From contig JAXLNO010003487.1 in the NCBI GenBank assembly GCA_038087875.1, positions 1-64,000 on the forward strand: a stretch of 64,000 bases of DNA, in the 5' to 3' direction. Positions 1 to 12,589 of this stretch are shown piece after piece. Numbering within the stretch: the stretch's first letter is position 1; each line of letters opens with the position of its first letter. This stretch comes from Malacoraja senta. Its lineage: Eukaryota. A program made the position numbers and the translations under genes. Below the pieces are notes generated by a model. The model made no database searches. It saw only the letters and a list, made by a program, of their open reading frames with translations, and had not been told where the DNA came from.

Positions 1-329
1 AAGGGAATGCATGCATCACTGGCTGCATTAAAGGGAATGCATGCATCACTGGCTGCATTAAAGGGAATGCATGCATCACTGGCCGCATTAAAGTCAATGC
101 ATGCATCACTGGCTGCATTAAAGGGAATGCATGCATCACTGGCTGCATTAAAGAGAATGCATGCATCACTGGCTGCATCAAAGGGAATGCATGCATCACT
201 GGCTGCATTAAAGGGAATGCATGCATCACTGGCTGCATTAAAGGGAATGCATGCATCACTGGCTGCATTAAAGGGAATGCATGCATCACTGGCTGCATTA
301 AAGGGAATGCATGCATCACTGGCTGCATT
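1..329. repeat. 30-bp minisatellite, about 11 copies (AAGGGAATGCATGCATCACTGGCTGCATTA), truncated by window start
   Basis: Direct 30-nt periodicity; explains the MHASLAALKG repeat ORF. Confidence 0.98.
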
Positions 330-366
330 GCTGCCTCCCGCTGCATGACAGCGCTTTTATCCTTAC

Positions 367-545
367 CTGCTCTTCACAGCTGGATTCCCGCACCACTTCC
401 GGTCGGGTGGCGAACCTCTCGTCCACAAAGGCGCTTCCGGGGAAAGGGGGGACGGTTTAGGGCGGCGCACCGGCGCTGGCAAAGTGGGACGGCGGGTCTC
501 AGGCCTCCGGGTGGAGGGCGAAACGCCGCAGTTTTGGTTCCGGGT
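367..545 (-). promoter_or_regulatory. CpG-island-like promoter with ETS/GABP motifs and probable short first exon of a minus-strand gene running out of the window
   Basis: CpG-rich; CACTTCCGG at 394-402, CTTCCGG at 434-440, TTCCGGG at 538-544, GGGCGG at 460-465; minus-strand donor CAG|GTAAGG at 367/366. Confidence 0.6.
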
Positions 546-589
546 GTTTTGTTGTTGTTTTTTGGGGCATTGAGGGTGGAATGGAGAGA

Positions 590-752
590 ACAAAGGAGGG
601 GGGGATGGAAGGATGGAGGGAGAGAGAGAGGGAGAGAGAGAGAGGGAGAGGGGGGGGGGAGAGTGAGAGGCAGGAGAGAGAGAGAGATAGAGAAGCAGGA
701 GAGAGAGAGAGAGAGAGAGAGGTAGAGAGAAGTATCCACCTCTCCCTCCCTC
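590..752. repeat. GA-rich simple repeat
   Basis: (GA)n/(GGA)n low complexity. Confidence 0.95.
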
Positions 753-759
753 TCGGGTC

Positions 760-1085
760 GTCACGGTGACCCAGCGGTAGAGTTACCGCCTCACGGCGCC
801 AGAGACCCCGGTTCCATCACGACCACGGGTGCTGTCTGTGCGGTGTTTGCACGTTCTCTCCCCGTGACCTGCGTGGGTTTTCTCCGGGCGCTCTGTTTTT
901 CTATCACACTCCAAAGATGTGCGGGTTTGCATGTTAATTGGTTTCTGGTAAAGATTGTAAATTGTCCCCCTGTGTGTGTGTGTAGGATAGTGTTAGTGTG
1001 CGGGCATCGCTGGTCAGCACGGACTCGGTGGGGCCGAAGGGCCTGTTTCCGTACTGTATCTCTAAACTAAACTAGACTAAACTGG
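760..1085 (+). mobile_element. tRNA-derived V-SINE (HE1-like), full length
   Basis: tRNA-like head, central TTTGCACGTTCTC...GCGTGGGTTTTCTCCGGG domain, CR1-like 3' end GGGCCGAAGGGCCTGTTTC and (TAAAC)n tail. Confidence 0.85.
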
Positions 1086-1275
1086 TTGAAGAACATATTT
1101 CAAACATCAAGGTGTCTACAAAGTGTAAAATATGTTTTCATTTTATTTGGAAAGGCCACTAAAGAAAACAGAGAAAGAGTTGAGTATAGGAGCAATGAGG
1201 TCCTTCTGCAGTTGTACAGGGCCCTGGTGAGACCACACCTGCAGTATTGTGTGCAGTTTTGGCCTGTTGGCCTTC

Positions 1276-2627
1276 ATAATCCACCATCATTCCTGTGCCC
1301 ACGTCTAACACAACATCCTGCCTCAATGACTACAGACCGATTGCCCTTACATCTGTGGCCATGAAGTCATTTGAGCGCATTATTCTCGCTCACCTCAAAA
1401 CCAGCACTTCCTCCAACATGGACCCACATCAATTCGCACATAGAGCAAACAGGTCAGTAGAAGACACAGTCAACCTGGCCATCCATCACACACTGCAACA
1501 CCTGGAACTGCCAACACTTACGCCCGCATCCTGTTCATGGACTACAGTTCGGCATTCAACTCCATCAACCCGGTCAAACTTTTCCATAAATTAACGGACA
1601 TGAACATTGACCCCTGCGTCTGTCATTGGATCTATAGCTTCCTTTGGAACAGACAACAGAGGGTGAAGATACATAACACCATATCTCACCCTCTGCACCT
1701 CAGTACAGGAGCACCTCAGGGTTGCGTCTTGTCACCCTGGTTATTCTCACTCTACACAAATCAACTCACATCCCAGTATAGTTCAGTTAAAATATATAAA
1801 TACGCAGATGACACAACCATCATAGGTCTCATCTCTAACAACAACGAAACAGAATACCGCACTCAAACAAACAAAGCAGATAATAACCTCCTACTCAACA
1901 CATCAAAAACACATGAACTTATCATTGATCTCAGACGTAAGGCACAACCCAAGACCCCCCTACTCATCTCTGGCGAACCCATATCCACCACTGACTCATT
2001 CAAATTTCTTGGCACTCACATAAGCAATAACCTCAAATGGAAAATCAATTCAGATCACATTTATAAAAAAGCCAACCAAAGACTTTTCTTTCTCCGTCAG
2101 CTCAAGAAGTTCAGAGTGAGGAAACATCTCCTAATCCGATTTTACACAGCCATCATCCAAAGCATGCTCACTTCATCAATAACAGTTTGGTACAGCAGTT
2201 TAGACACTCACTCCCGTAATAAACTACAGCGCATTGTCAACAAAGCATCCAAAATCATCAGCACTTCCCTCCCATCAATAGAATCACTCAATCTCAAACG
2301 GTCTGTGTCAAGGGTGAATAAAATAATTTCTGATCCCTCCCACGCAGCTCACCACATCTTCCACCTGCTGCCGTCAGGAAGGCGCTACAGCTCACTGCCC
2401 GCCAAAACATCACGACTTAAAAACAGTTTCTACCCATATGCAATTCGAAATCTGAACACTCTATGACAACATCACATAGCCACCTCGTGCATGTACTGTA
2501 TACTGTATGTTGTTGTGTTTTATGTTATGTTTGACAGGAATCAGCCTATTGTGTAACATCCTGTACTGAACATGAATCCACCAGCTTGACTGTGTGGTCA
2601 TTAAATAATCTGAATCTGAATCTGAAT
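1276..2627 (+). mobile_element. 5'-truncated Rex1/Babar-type LINE; RT frameshifted near 1540
   Basis: [30 protein letters not shown] motifs; (TCTGAA)n tail. Confidence 0.85.
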
Positions 2628-2930
2628 AACAAGAGGAGTTGAGTACAGGAGCAAAGAGGTCCTTCTGCAGTTGTACAGGGCCCTGGTGAGACCACACCTG
2701 GAGTATTGTGTGCAGTTTTGGCCTGTTGGCCTTTATAACAAGAGGAGTTGAGTATTGGAGCAAAGAGGTCCTTCTGCAGTTGTACAGGGCCCTGGTGAGA
2801 CCACACCTGGAGTATTGTGTGCAGTTTTGGCCTGTTGGCCTTTATAACAAGAGGAGTTGAGTATTGGAGCAAAGAGGTCCTTCTGCAGTTGTACAGGGCC
2901 CTGGTGAGACCACACCTGAAGTATTGTGTG
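2626..2930 (+). repeat. Tandem array of a 109-bp CR1 RT fragment (about 2.8 copies; a further copy at about 1176-1274)
   Basis: AAGAGGAGTT recurs at 2631, 2740, 2849; encodes CR1 motif [22 protein letters not shown]. Confidence 0.92.
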
Positions 2931-2975
2931 CCCGCACACACGCACGCCCTCCACCCGCGCGTGTGTGAACGGGCG

Positions 2976-3681
2976 ATTCATCCCCAACAACACTGCTCCG
3001 GATGGGTCAGTGTCAAGAGCCCTAGCAGGTCTCACCTCTCTGTCTATCGAATTGGCTGAGAACTCTGGAGTAGACAACTCCTGGACTGGGTTTCTAGAAT
3101 CCTGGTTTGGGAAATGGAAGCACTGCTTTACCTCAGCTCTAACATCAGTGGTAGTCATGGTGGGGTTACTGTGTTTGTTCGGATGTTGTATCATTCCCTG
3201 CGTACGGGGATTGGCTCAGCGATTGATAGAAACAGCCCTGACAAAGAACAGCGCTGCCACCATGATGGCCTTCAGAACACAGTATAACCAACGAGAGGGG
3301 GATAGGGAGGCGAAGAATCTGCTGCTAGCATTAAAAAAGGAGGATATAGTATAAATCAAAGGTTGCGTAGCAAAAAAGAAAAGGGTGGATTGTGAGGAAA
3401 GAGTTAACAGACATGGTTGATTTAGACTAGGGATAGAAAAATGGCTTGGGGTGTCAACAGAAGCCAGACTGCTGGTAAAATAGAAAATAACGATATATAG
3501 AACAGAGAGAAATTCTAGATAAAAAGTAGCAAATTCAGCAGAAGATTTGAGGAGTAAGTAGAAAGGGAGAAAGTACATAAGGTCAAACATATCTGCGCAT
3601 GCCTAATGAACTTACATGAATATGTACACACACCCACTATGACAAGATGCCTAATTTAAATGCACATGCGATGCATGATAT
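2976..3681 (+). mobile_element. Second ERV copy: env TM C-terminus, PPT and 5' part of LTR (starts TG at 3391)
   Basis: Matches 5516-6217 at about 2540 offset with scattered substitutions. Confidence 0.92.
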
Positions 3682-4042
3682 AGAACAAAAAATTAAAGGA
3701 TTGCTGGCCCAGAGCCCACCACTGGACTTCCCGATACACTCAGTCAAGGCTGGAGACTGGGTATTAATAAAGACGTGGAAAGAAGAAAAGCTGCAACCTA
3801 AGTGGACTGGACCCTACCTGGTGTTACTAATCACCGAGACGGCAGTACGAACAAAAGAGAAAGGGTGGACACACGCAAGTCGAGTTAAGGGTCCTGTGGA
3901 GGCCCCACCAGACAATATCAGCCCGTGGACTGTGCGCAAAGGAGAGGAACCATTGACTTTAATATTTACCAAGAACCCGCGGGAAAATGAAGATTTTGTG
4001 TTGGTGGGTCGTGTGTTGGGTGGTTACCCAACTCGTGAGTAA
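3682..4042 (+). pseudogene. pol: ERV pol fragment: integrase C-terminal GPY/F domain
   Basis: VKAGDWVLIK...LQPKWTGPYLVLLITETAVRTKEKGWTHASRVK. Confidence 0.9.
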
Positions 4043-5894
4043 TATAACATGTATAAAAATCACAATACCACAGAATAGAAGGCCCACCACCATCCCATTT
4101 AATGTATGTAAAAGAAAATGGTGGTGTGGCTATAGAATGTATGTATGCACCCATCCCTGTAGAAATTGGCACGCGGTGTTTACTTCATCAAAATATGGGT
4201 GGCATCGAACCACCTATCAAACTGATAGGTGGAAAATATATCAAAACCCGAACGAGAAATTGCCAGGACGTATATATGTGAGCATACAGAGTGTTCAAAT
4301 GCAGGAAAGTGGTAGGTATTGGATATGTGCAGATAAAACAGGGAAGGACACGTGTCTGAAGTTTGAGATAGAAGTGAAGCGGGATGGGGAGATGGTAAGA
4401 TACGAGGATAGGGGAAAGGTGTTGAAGATAGATGACAGTCAGAATAGGGATCCCGGGGCAACACCAGCACCACCAGTAGTCAGCAAAGTCACCAGGGAGA
4501 ATGAGTCTAAGGATCTGAAGATAATGATAGTAGAAGGAGAAACAGGATTAAGGCAGTTATATGAGAAGGGAATACCAACAGGGGAAAAGGAGCCAACACC
4601 TGGCTTGCCTGGATGATGTACACAGCCAGAAGTATGCAACAAACCAATTGTTACACCTGCGCCGGAGTTGGCCTCAGCTGGTCCCAGTACCATTTCCCCT
4701 GAATTGGAATAGAACACCTAGGGCTATGTCATGTATACTACAGCTATTCACGAATCCCCTCTTACCAAAGAATGTGATATGCCAGAGTTATCATTACCTA
4801 TTTCCGACCAGCAACAACAATACGAAGGGCCGAAGGGAAGACCCTCGACCTCCTCCATTTACCAGTCCTCTTGGGGAGGAGGGGTTTGAGTGCTATACAA
4901 GAAATAACCCAGAGGGACAGGATATGGGGAAGGTGCTCAACTGCAATCAGACGTATAACATAACGGCTGAGGAACAGGGACCACTGTTCAATAGCTCCTG
5001 GCTAAAAAAACAGATAGTCAGTAGAGCCGATATCTGGTGGTGGTGCGGGGAGAATACCCTGTGGCCCCGGTTACCGGGGTCATGGACGGGAACCTGTACC
5101 CTCACACAACTGATGATGCCCTTCACCATAGCAGTAGAACATGCTGTAGAACTCAATGACGGAAGCCAATGACAAAAGAGAGGGGTGAAAGGATCATTCG
5201 ACACACACATATATATATAGATGCGATAGGGCTGACAAGAGGGGTACCCGATGAATTCAAAGCCAGAAACCAGATAGCTGCGGGCTTTGAGTCCATGCTC
5301 TTCTGGTGGTCCACAATTAATAAAAATGTGGACTGGATCAACTACCTATACTACAATCAACAACGCTTTATAAATTACACTCGAGATGCAGTTGAAGGAT
5401 TACGGGAACAACTGACAGCTACCAGCCAAATAGCCTGGCAAAATCGCATGGCCTTGGACATGCTACCGGCTGAGAAGGGAGGGGTATGTGTAATGTTTGG
5501 CGAACAATGTTGCACATTCATCCCCAACAACACTGCTCCGGATGGGTCAGTGTCAAGAGCCCTAGCAGGTCTCACCTCTCTGACTATCGAATTGGCTGAG
5601 AACTCTGGAGTAGACAACTCCTGGACTGGGTTTCTAGACTCCTGGTTTGGGAAATGGAAGCACATCTTTACCTCAGCTCTAACAGCAGTGGTAGTCATGG
5701 TGGAGTTTCTGTGTTTGTTCGGATGTTGTATCATTCCCTGCGTCCGGGGATTGGCTCAGCGATTGATAGAAACAGCCCTGACAAAGAACAGCGCTGCCAC
5801 CATGATGGCCTTCAGAACACAGTATAACCAACGAGAGTGGGATAGGGAGGTGAAGAATCTGCTGCTAGCATTAGAAAAGGAAGATATAGTATAA
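3987..5894 (+). pseudogene. env: ERV env (gamma-type TM), disrupted by three frameshifts and one stop
   Basis: Signal peptide; NTWLAWMMYT..NCYTC in third frame near 4590-4665; furin site RQKR with CGA>TGA at 5170; ISD-like QNRMALDML; CX6CC (CVMFGEQCC); TM helix. Confidence 0.9.
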
Positions 5895-5930
5895 ATCAAA
5901 GGTTGCGTAGCAAAAAAGAAAAGGGTAGAT

Positions 5931-6484
5931 TGTGAGGAAAGAGTTAACAGACATGGTTGATTTAGACTAGGGATAGAACAATGGCTTGTGGTGTCAGCAG
6001 AAGCCAGACTGCTGGTAAAATAGAAAATAACGATATATAGAACAGAGAGAAATTCTAGATAAAAAGTAGCAAATTCAGCAGAAGATTTGAGAAGTAGAAA
6101 GAGAGAAAGTACATAAGGTCAAACAAATCTGTGCATGCCTAATGAACTTACATGAATATGTACACACAGCCACTATGACAAGATGCCTAATTTAAATGCA
6201 CATGCGATGCATGATATGGGAGGTGTCTTTGACGTCGGGTGGACGTTCCAGGATGTTCTCGTGGGAATGTGGGCTTTATGTTATGATTGGAAGAAGCACA
6301 ATGGGGAGGGATGAGGGTGTGACAATGATACCCATGAAATGTATAAAGATAGAAGACATCCCGATCCTCGGTGTGCCTCTAGGGGACATCAGAGGAGAGG
6401 CACCTATTCTGCAGAATATGATTTAAATAAAAAGCTTCTTTGCCGACTTTGTCTCTAAAAGCGTTTGTGATTTTGCATCTCACA
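5931..6484 (+). mobile_element. Complete 554-bp 3' LTR
   Basis: Preceded by PPT AAAAAAGAAAAGGG; termini TGTGAG...CTCACA; TATAAA at 6342, AATAAA at 6426. Confidence 0.9.
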
Positions 6485-7432
6485 ATTATGTATGGCTTAA
6501 TTGTATTCATGCATAGTATGATTTGGCTGAATGCCACGCAAAGGGGTTTTCACTGTATCTAGTTACCCGTGTCAATAATAAACCAACACGTTGTATCTAT
6601 CGATTGCAGCACCCAGTGTTTATTTTAAGCAGGTAGCAAGGTTGTATTAAAATTTCCTTTTTGCCTTTGACTACGTGGTGAATGTAAAGATGGGTCATAA
6701 TGCACTGTATCTTTACTACTGTTTATTCATAATACACATACTTTGCTGCCCTAGCTGTCCGTGGTCTGTCACTGGAACCAGAGAGAGAGAGAACTGGGTG
6801 GGAAGGTTGTAATTATACCAGTGATGTGGGGAGTGGTTAGTAGTGGTGAGGTCACTATGTTAAAGGTACATGCACATTTCATCTACGTGGTGAAGAGCCA
6901 TCCTTTTTTCCACCGCTGAAGACCTCCATGCGCCAGTACAATATTCTGTCGGCGTGGGGCGATTCGGCATTTGCAATACTGAGGATCAGGACATATTTCC
7001 AAATCAGAATGGCGGTCAATTTGGATCTTGATCTGCAGGTGCTATTTTTACACGGTAGATTTCAAAGGGAGAACAGCACTAATTGCCCGCTTGGAAAGCG
7101 AAAGGGTGTTGATTCAACCGTCCAGAGGAAAATGATTATAATCTTCCATTCAGTGGCCAAAAGTAACACCAGTCCAAATTAGTCATTTTCCCTGCAGCTT
7201 CCAAGTTCACGCGAGTCCTACTGTCTGGTCAAAAAGACGGTGATTCAATTATTATTTGAACAGAGATTGATGGCGGAGGAGTTAGCTTGGTAATGTTATT
7301 GAATGTCAAGGCAGTTTACATCTTGCCTAATACTACACCTGCAAACAACTTTGCTGACATTCACACATTTCCTAAACATGGAACTCATATCTATACCAAC
7401 ATCTTTGATTTAAATCAGAAAATACAAACAAA

Positions 7433-7605
7433 ATTCGCAGCAGTCGAACGGATGCCTCGCAGCGTCAGAGACCCGGGTTTGATCCCGACTACGGATGCTG
7501 TCTGTGTGAACGTCGTACGTGGGTTTTCTCCGGGCGCTGGTCTCCACCCACATTCCAAACTCGTGCAGGTTTATAGGTTAATTGCCCCCTGTAAATTGCC
7601 CCTAG
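7433..7605 (+). mobile_element. V-SINE, partial
   Basis: GACCCGGGTTTGATCC head and V-domain. Confidence 0.75.
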
Positions 7606-7625
7606 TAAGACTGCGTCGAAACGGG

Positions 7626-8300
7626 CTTTTCGGCACAGCATGCCCCATCTACATTAGTCCCAACTCCCCACGCTTGGCTCATAACCCTCTAAACCTATCC
7701 TATGCATGTACCTGTCCAATTGTATATTTATTGTTATGATAGTACCTGTCTCAACCTCCTCTTCTGGCAGCTCGTTCCATATACCCACCACTCTTTGTGT
7801 AAAAATGTTATCCCCAGGTTCCTATTAAATCTCCACACTCACCCACCTCTCACCGTAAATCTATATCCTCTGGTTCTCGAGTCCCCTATTGTGGGCAAAA
7901 AACTCAAGCGCATTTACCTGATTGATTGCTCACATAATTTTGTAAACCTCTTTCAGATCACCCCATCCTCCTGCACTCTAAGGAATGAAATCCAGAACCA
8001 GGGGCCACATTTCCAGAACCAGGGACCACAGTTTAAGAATAAGGAGTAAGCCATTTAGAACGGAGACGAGGAAACACTTTTTCTCACAGAGAGTGGTGAG
8101 TCTGTGAAATTCTCTGCCTCAGAGGGCAGTGGATGCTTTCAAGAGAGAGCTAGATAGGGCTCTTAAAAATAGCGGAGTCAGGGGATATGGGGAGAAGGCA
8201 GGAACGGGGTACTGATTGGGGATGATCAGCCATGATCACATTGAATGGCGGTGCTGGCTCGAAGGATCGAATGGCCTACTCCTGCACCTATTTTCTATTG
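7626..8300. mobile_element. Two CR1 3'-end fragments in opposite orientation
   Basis: Minus copy about 7626-8010; plus copy about 8010-8300 ending GGCCTACTCCTGCACCTATTTTCTAT. Confidence 0.75.
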
Positions 8301-10464
8301 AAATCAGAGCCTTCTCAACCTCACCCTCCCTGAACATAGACTCAGTGACTTGCAGAACAGTTCAGCATAGGAACAGGCCCTTGGGGCCACACCTTCTGTT
8401 CCAAAGGTGATGCCAAGTTGAACTAATCTCGTCCACCAACACATGTTCCATATCCCTCCTTTCCCTGCATATCTATGCCTTTCTAAAGACTTCAAATGCC
8501 ACTATCAAGTCTCCTTGTAAATCTTCTCTGGACTCTTTCCAGCTGATGTGTTAAAAACAAAGTGCATGAAGAATTCAGTGTGTCAGGCAGCATCTGTGGT
8601 GGGAATCGACTGACAACGTTTTGAAGTCACCAGTCTGAACAAGAGTTCCAGCCTGAATTGTCGTTGGTTCATTCCATCCCACAGATGTTGCCTGACCCAC
8701 TGTGTTCCTCCAACAGTTTTGCTCAACGATCCAACATCTGCAGTTTCTAGTATCCCCAGAGATCTGTTAACTGTCACCATTTAATTGCCCTATTTTATTA
8801 CATTTTGTATTACATTTCTGTTAAATTATGTTGCAGTCTTGGAAATGTTTTCACCTCAGCTGCGAACCTGCGTTCCTAGTGTACATTGCTACTTTAATCA
8901 TGCTAAATTATGATCACTGCCATCAAAACACCTGATCACTACCACTACAATACTACTCCCATCTTGCTGCCAAGCAATACCCACCATTTTCTATACAGTC
9001 GCCTTAATACTATTTCTTAAATTAATTTGAGAACCTCTGCACTCTGCTTCAGTGACAGATAATATTAAGTGTAAATTCACAACTATTTATTGTTCTGGGG
9101 TGGGTTATTTTGCACCATATAAACAGGCCAAAATATTTCTCCTTCCGTATCCCTAAGTTTATTTGATATACGATGATAAATACAAAACAATGGATCATTT
9201 AAATGTTTACTGTGCTGATGGAGACCATTCATCCTATCAGGCCAATGCCACCTCTCTACTGGAGAAAATCACTTGTTCAACCCCAGCCCTTCGACTGTAG
9301 TTTTGCGTGTTTTTGCTCACAATTAGTTTATCCAATTCTCTCTTTGTGATGAAACATAAATAGGGTTTGGATCAATGAACGGAGAAAGAAAATTTCAAGG
9401 GTACAAATGACTATCTTTATTATGTCAAATTACAAGATAAAGCATTAAAAAAGCAACGAATCTCATGGCTTTCAGAATGTGTTAAATGATAGAAGCCGTG
9501 GCAAATACCTTCAAGTCTCACAGTCTTCTGCCCATTGGAGACTCCTATTTATGATGGCTGGTGTGGAGATCTTGCGGGCCCAGCCACTGTCCTTCAAAGA
9601 TTCTGCATTAAATCAAGCACCGAGCTATTCTTGCATGTCTCGGAGAAAAGAAAGGTTTAACTTATCCTTTAGCTACAATAAATATCCTTGTAGGCTGCTC
9701 CATAATTTCCCAGTTATTCTAAGTGAGCCCTCAATCATCTAATTGTTTCCCAAAGCCAGCCTACTTGCTTACCATAAAGTGCAGTTAGCAGAAAATGTAA
9801 TCTTAGGTGAAAACCCCGTTTACCTTTTCCAATGCACTAAGGGCATAATGGAGCCAATTACACAACATCTACGTGCCATACACTTGAAATTCCAAACGCA
9901 CGTTGCATAGAATTCCTTGTCCGCTCTCAAACCCTCCAGCAAAGTGAGCAGCCTCCCTATCCATTCTTCCATTCAAAGATTGATAATTTTCCAGAGCTCC
10001 AAGAACTTAATATGTGATTCACCACCCTCTGACTCTTGAGATTCCTCCTTATCCCTTTCTAAAGATACATCATGTTATTCTGAGAAATGTGCTTGCCAAG
10101 ACCATGGCATCTGCAGTTTTAGTCTCCTGATCTTAGGAAGAATGTTCTTGTTATAGAGGGAGTGCTGTGAAGGTTCATCAGATTTCAGGTATGGGAGGAC
10201 TAATGTATGAAGGGCGATTTGGGCGATTAGTTTTACATTGTGATTAGGACCATTCAAAATTAACTACAACATTCTTATGGGTCTGTACAGATTCAAGAGA
10301 GTCAAGAGTGTTTTATTGTCATATGTCCCAGATAGTACAATGAAATTCTTACTCACTGCAGCACAATGGAATATGTAAACATAGTACAAACGAGAAAAGA
10401 GAAAAACAAAATCAGTGTGCACATATACATATATATATATATATACACACACATACTCACAGGT

Positions 10465-10500
<36 letters not shown>

Positions 10501-12589
10501 GTGTATATATGTACGCATACATATATTCAAGAGGGAAATCCGGTCAGTTCAGGACCCAGTGGTCACAATGTGATGATCAGGCTTCAAGTTGAGATGAAGA
10601 GCGATTACTTCTCCCACAGAATGATGAAGGTGTGGAATGTTATACCACTGGAAGCAGTTGAACACAGATCATTGAATTTATACAAAGAGTTATATGTTAT
10701 TTGTATGGTCAAAGGATCAGAGAAATAAAAGGATCAAGGTATAAATTTTAGGTCACAATTGATCACATGGAATAATAGTTGAGGCTCAAATGCCTGAATT
10801 CCTATTACTTTTATATTCTGCATTTCAACATTTTTGTATTTATCGTGGCCACATTTCCTCTGCATCGAAGAACATGATAACTGGGATGCTTAAAAGGAAC
10901 CGAGACCCTGGTGCCAATGCCTTTTTGCAGATGCATACATTGGTTTGGTGTTCACAAAGCAAGGACAAATCAGAAATAATTTTCTGAACACGCCATCCAT
11001 TTCTATTTCAATGTGCTTACCCAAGATACAAAAAAAACCACTATATTAATCTATATTAAAAAATGTTTGGATAAAATAAACAAAACACGGTCATCGAATG
11101 TCCCTGGGTAAGTCATCCACCCCCTGCCCTCCACCCCTTTGAGAAGTGGCTGAAGGGAGATATTAAAATACATAAAGCTTTTAAATGAATCACTATGGTG
11201 AAAACATTTCCACCATAAAATCCAGCAGGGAATTCGACAGAGAATGCTCCCTCTCCTCCCCTCCCACCCAATACAGGTGAGAATGAGGATCCAGATCAAT
11301 GAATTGCATTTAGGGGAAGGCTGGGCAAACACAAAAGAGAAAAGAATAGTCGGTTCTACATTGGAGAATCCAGCATAGACTTGCCAACCATGTTGCAGAT
11401 CGCATAAGGTGGGAAGAGGGTCATGTGGACTATATGCAGCAGTATTGGCAGGATCGGCAGAGTGGCCTGTTCCTTCACACTTGTCTCCACTACAACCTTG
11501 TATTACTTTGACTGCCAATTCATTTTTGATCATTTTGTTCCCATTCATTCTTTAAAAAATACAAAATCAACTTGACGTAAGATAACTGTGATTGATGCTG
11601 TTGCAAATAAATGGAGGCCCTACATTTTCTTAACAACAATTTAATTTTGCGCCTTGCATATTATATCTTTCATATTGTATCTTGCACATTCCATATATCT
11701 TGCCTTTACTTCGCAACATGAAGCCACTATAACAACAGGGTGCAATCCAATGTGTTTACTTGGATTTCATGCCAATCTATTTCCAAAAATCGTATACGCA
11801 ATGGTCTATTCATCAAGCACATTCTACAGGCAACTATTATTAGGTGAAATCTCAAGAGCAGAACTTGTACCAAATGAGCCACATAAAATGTACTTGATCT
11901 CTGTACCACCAATCACCGTGGAAAATTTTATATTCTTATGGATGATAAATTCTCTGCATTAGATTAGAAATGTACAAAGTACAAACAATCAAGACTTTTG
12001 ACATCATCAAATAACCAAGCGTTATGTAACAACATTTATTGGTGCTGTGTCTCAGACTAAATGCAGTGTTAAAACAAAATATATTCTATCCAATAATGAC
12101 TGTAGCTAATGGAATCTGCAACTAAAAACAGAAGACTGAAAGCATTCAATGGCTCAAGCAAAATTATTGGGACAAATGGTTGATGTCACAAATAGGGTCA
12201 AGAACCTGCACCAGGCCTGTGAGGGAAGAGGATGAGTTGCCAATATATAGCAATCAGGGAGGGATAGGACAGAGGCTGGTAGATCAAACGTAGAACCAGG
12301 TGGGGAGAGGATAATGGGTAGATGGAAACAGGTAGGAGAGGAGGAGGAAGAGATGAAGAACAGGAGAATAAACTGTTCAAATGAGTCAGAGGTTCACTTG
12401 CATCTCTTTCAACTTTCTCTACTGCATTCATTACTCACACTGTGGAGAAACTAGCTTAGATGTCAACCATTTTGTAGAGCACATCCCTTTGAAGTAAAGA
12501 TCATCCTGAGATCTGTTGTATGGTATTTTAATACCCCTTCCCACTCACACACTCACCCATCTGTCGTTAACCTTGGGCACAGAAAGTTT

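Noticed and set aside
7-348. MHASLAALKG repeat ORF
   Set aside because: Translation of a stop-free 30-bp minisatellite; no coding evidence
6880-7260. CpG-retaining unique patch with several open frames and possible acceptors on both strands
   Set aside because: No recognisable protein in any frame; splice sites inconsistent
11051-11548. 165-aa minus-strand ORF in unique DNA
   Set aside because: No domain motif; leader, alpha-1 or cytoplasmic-tail features absent
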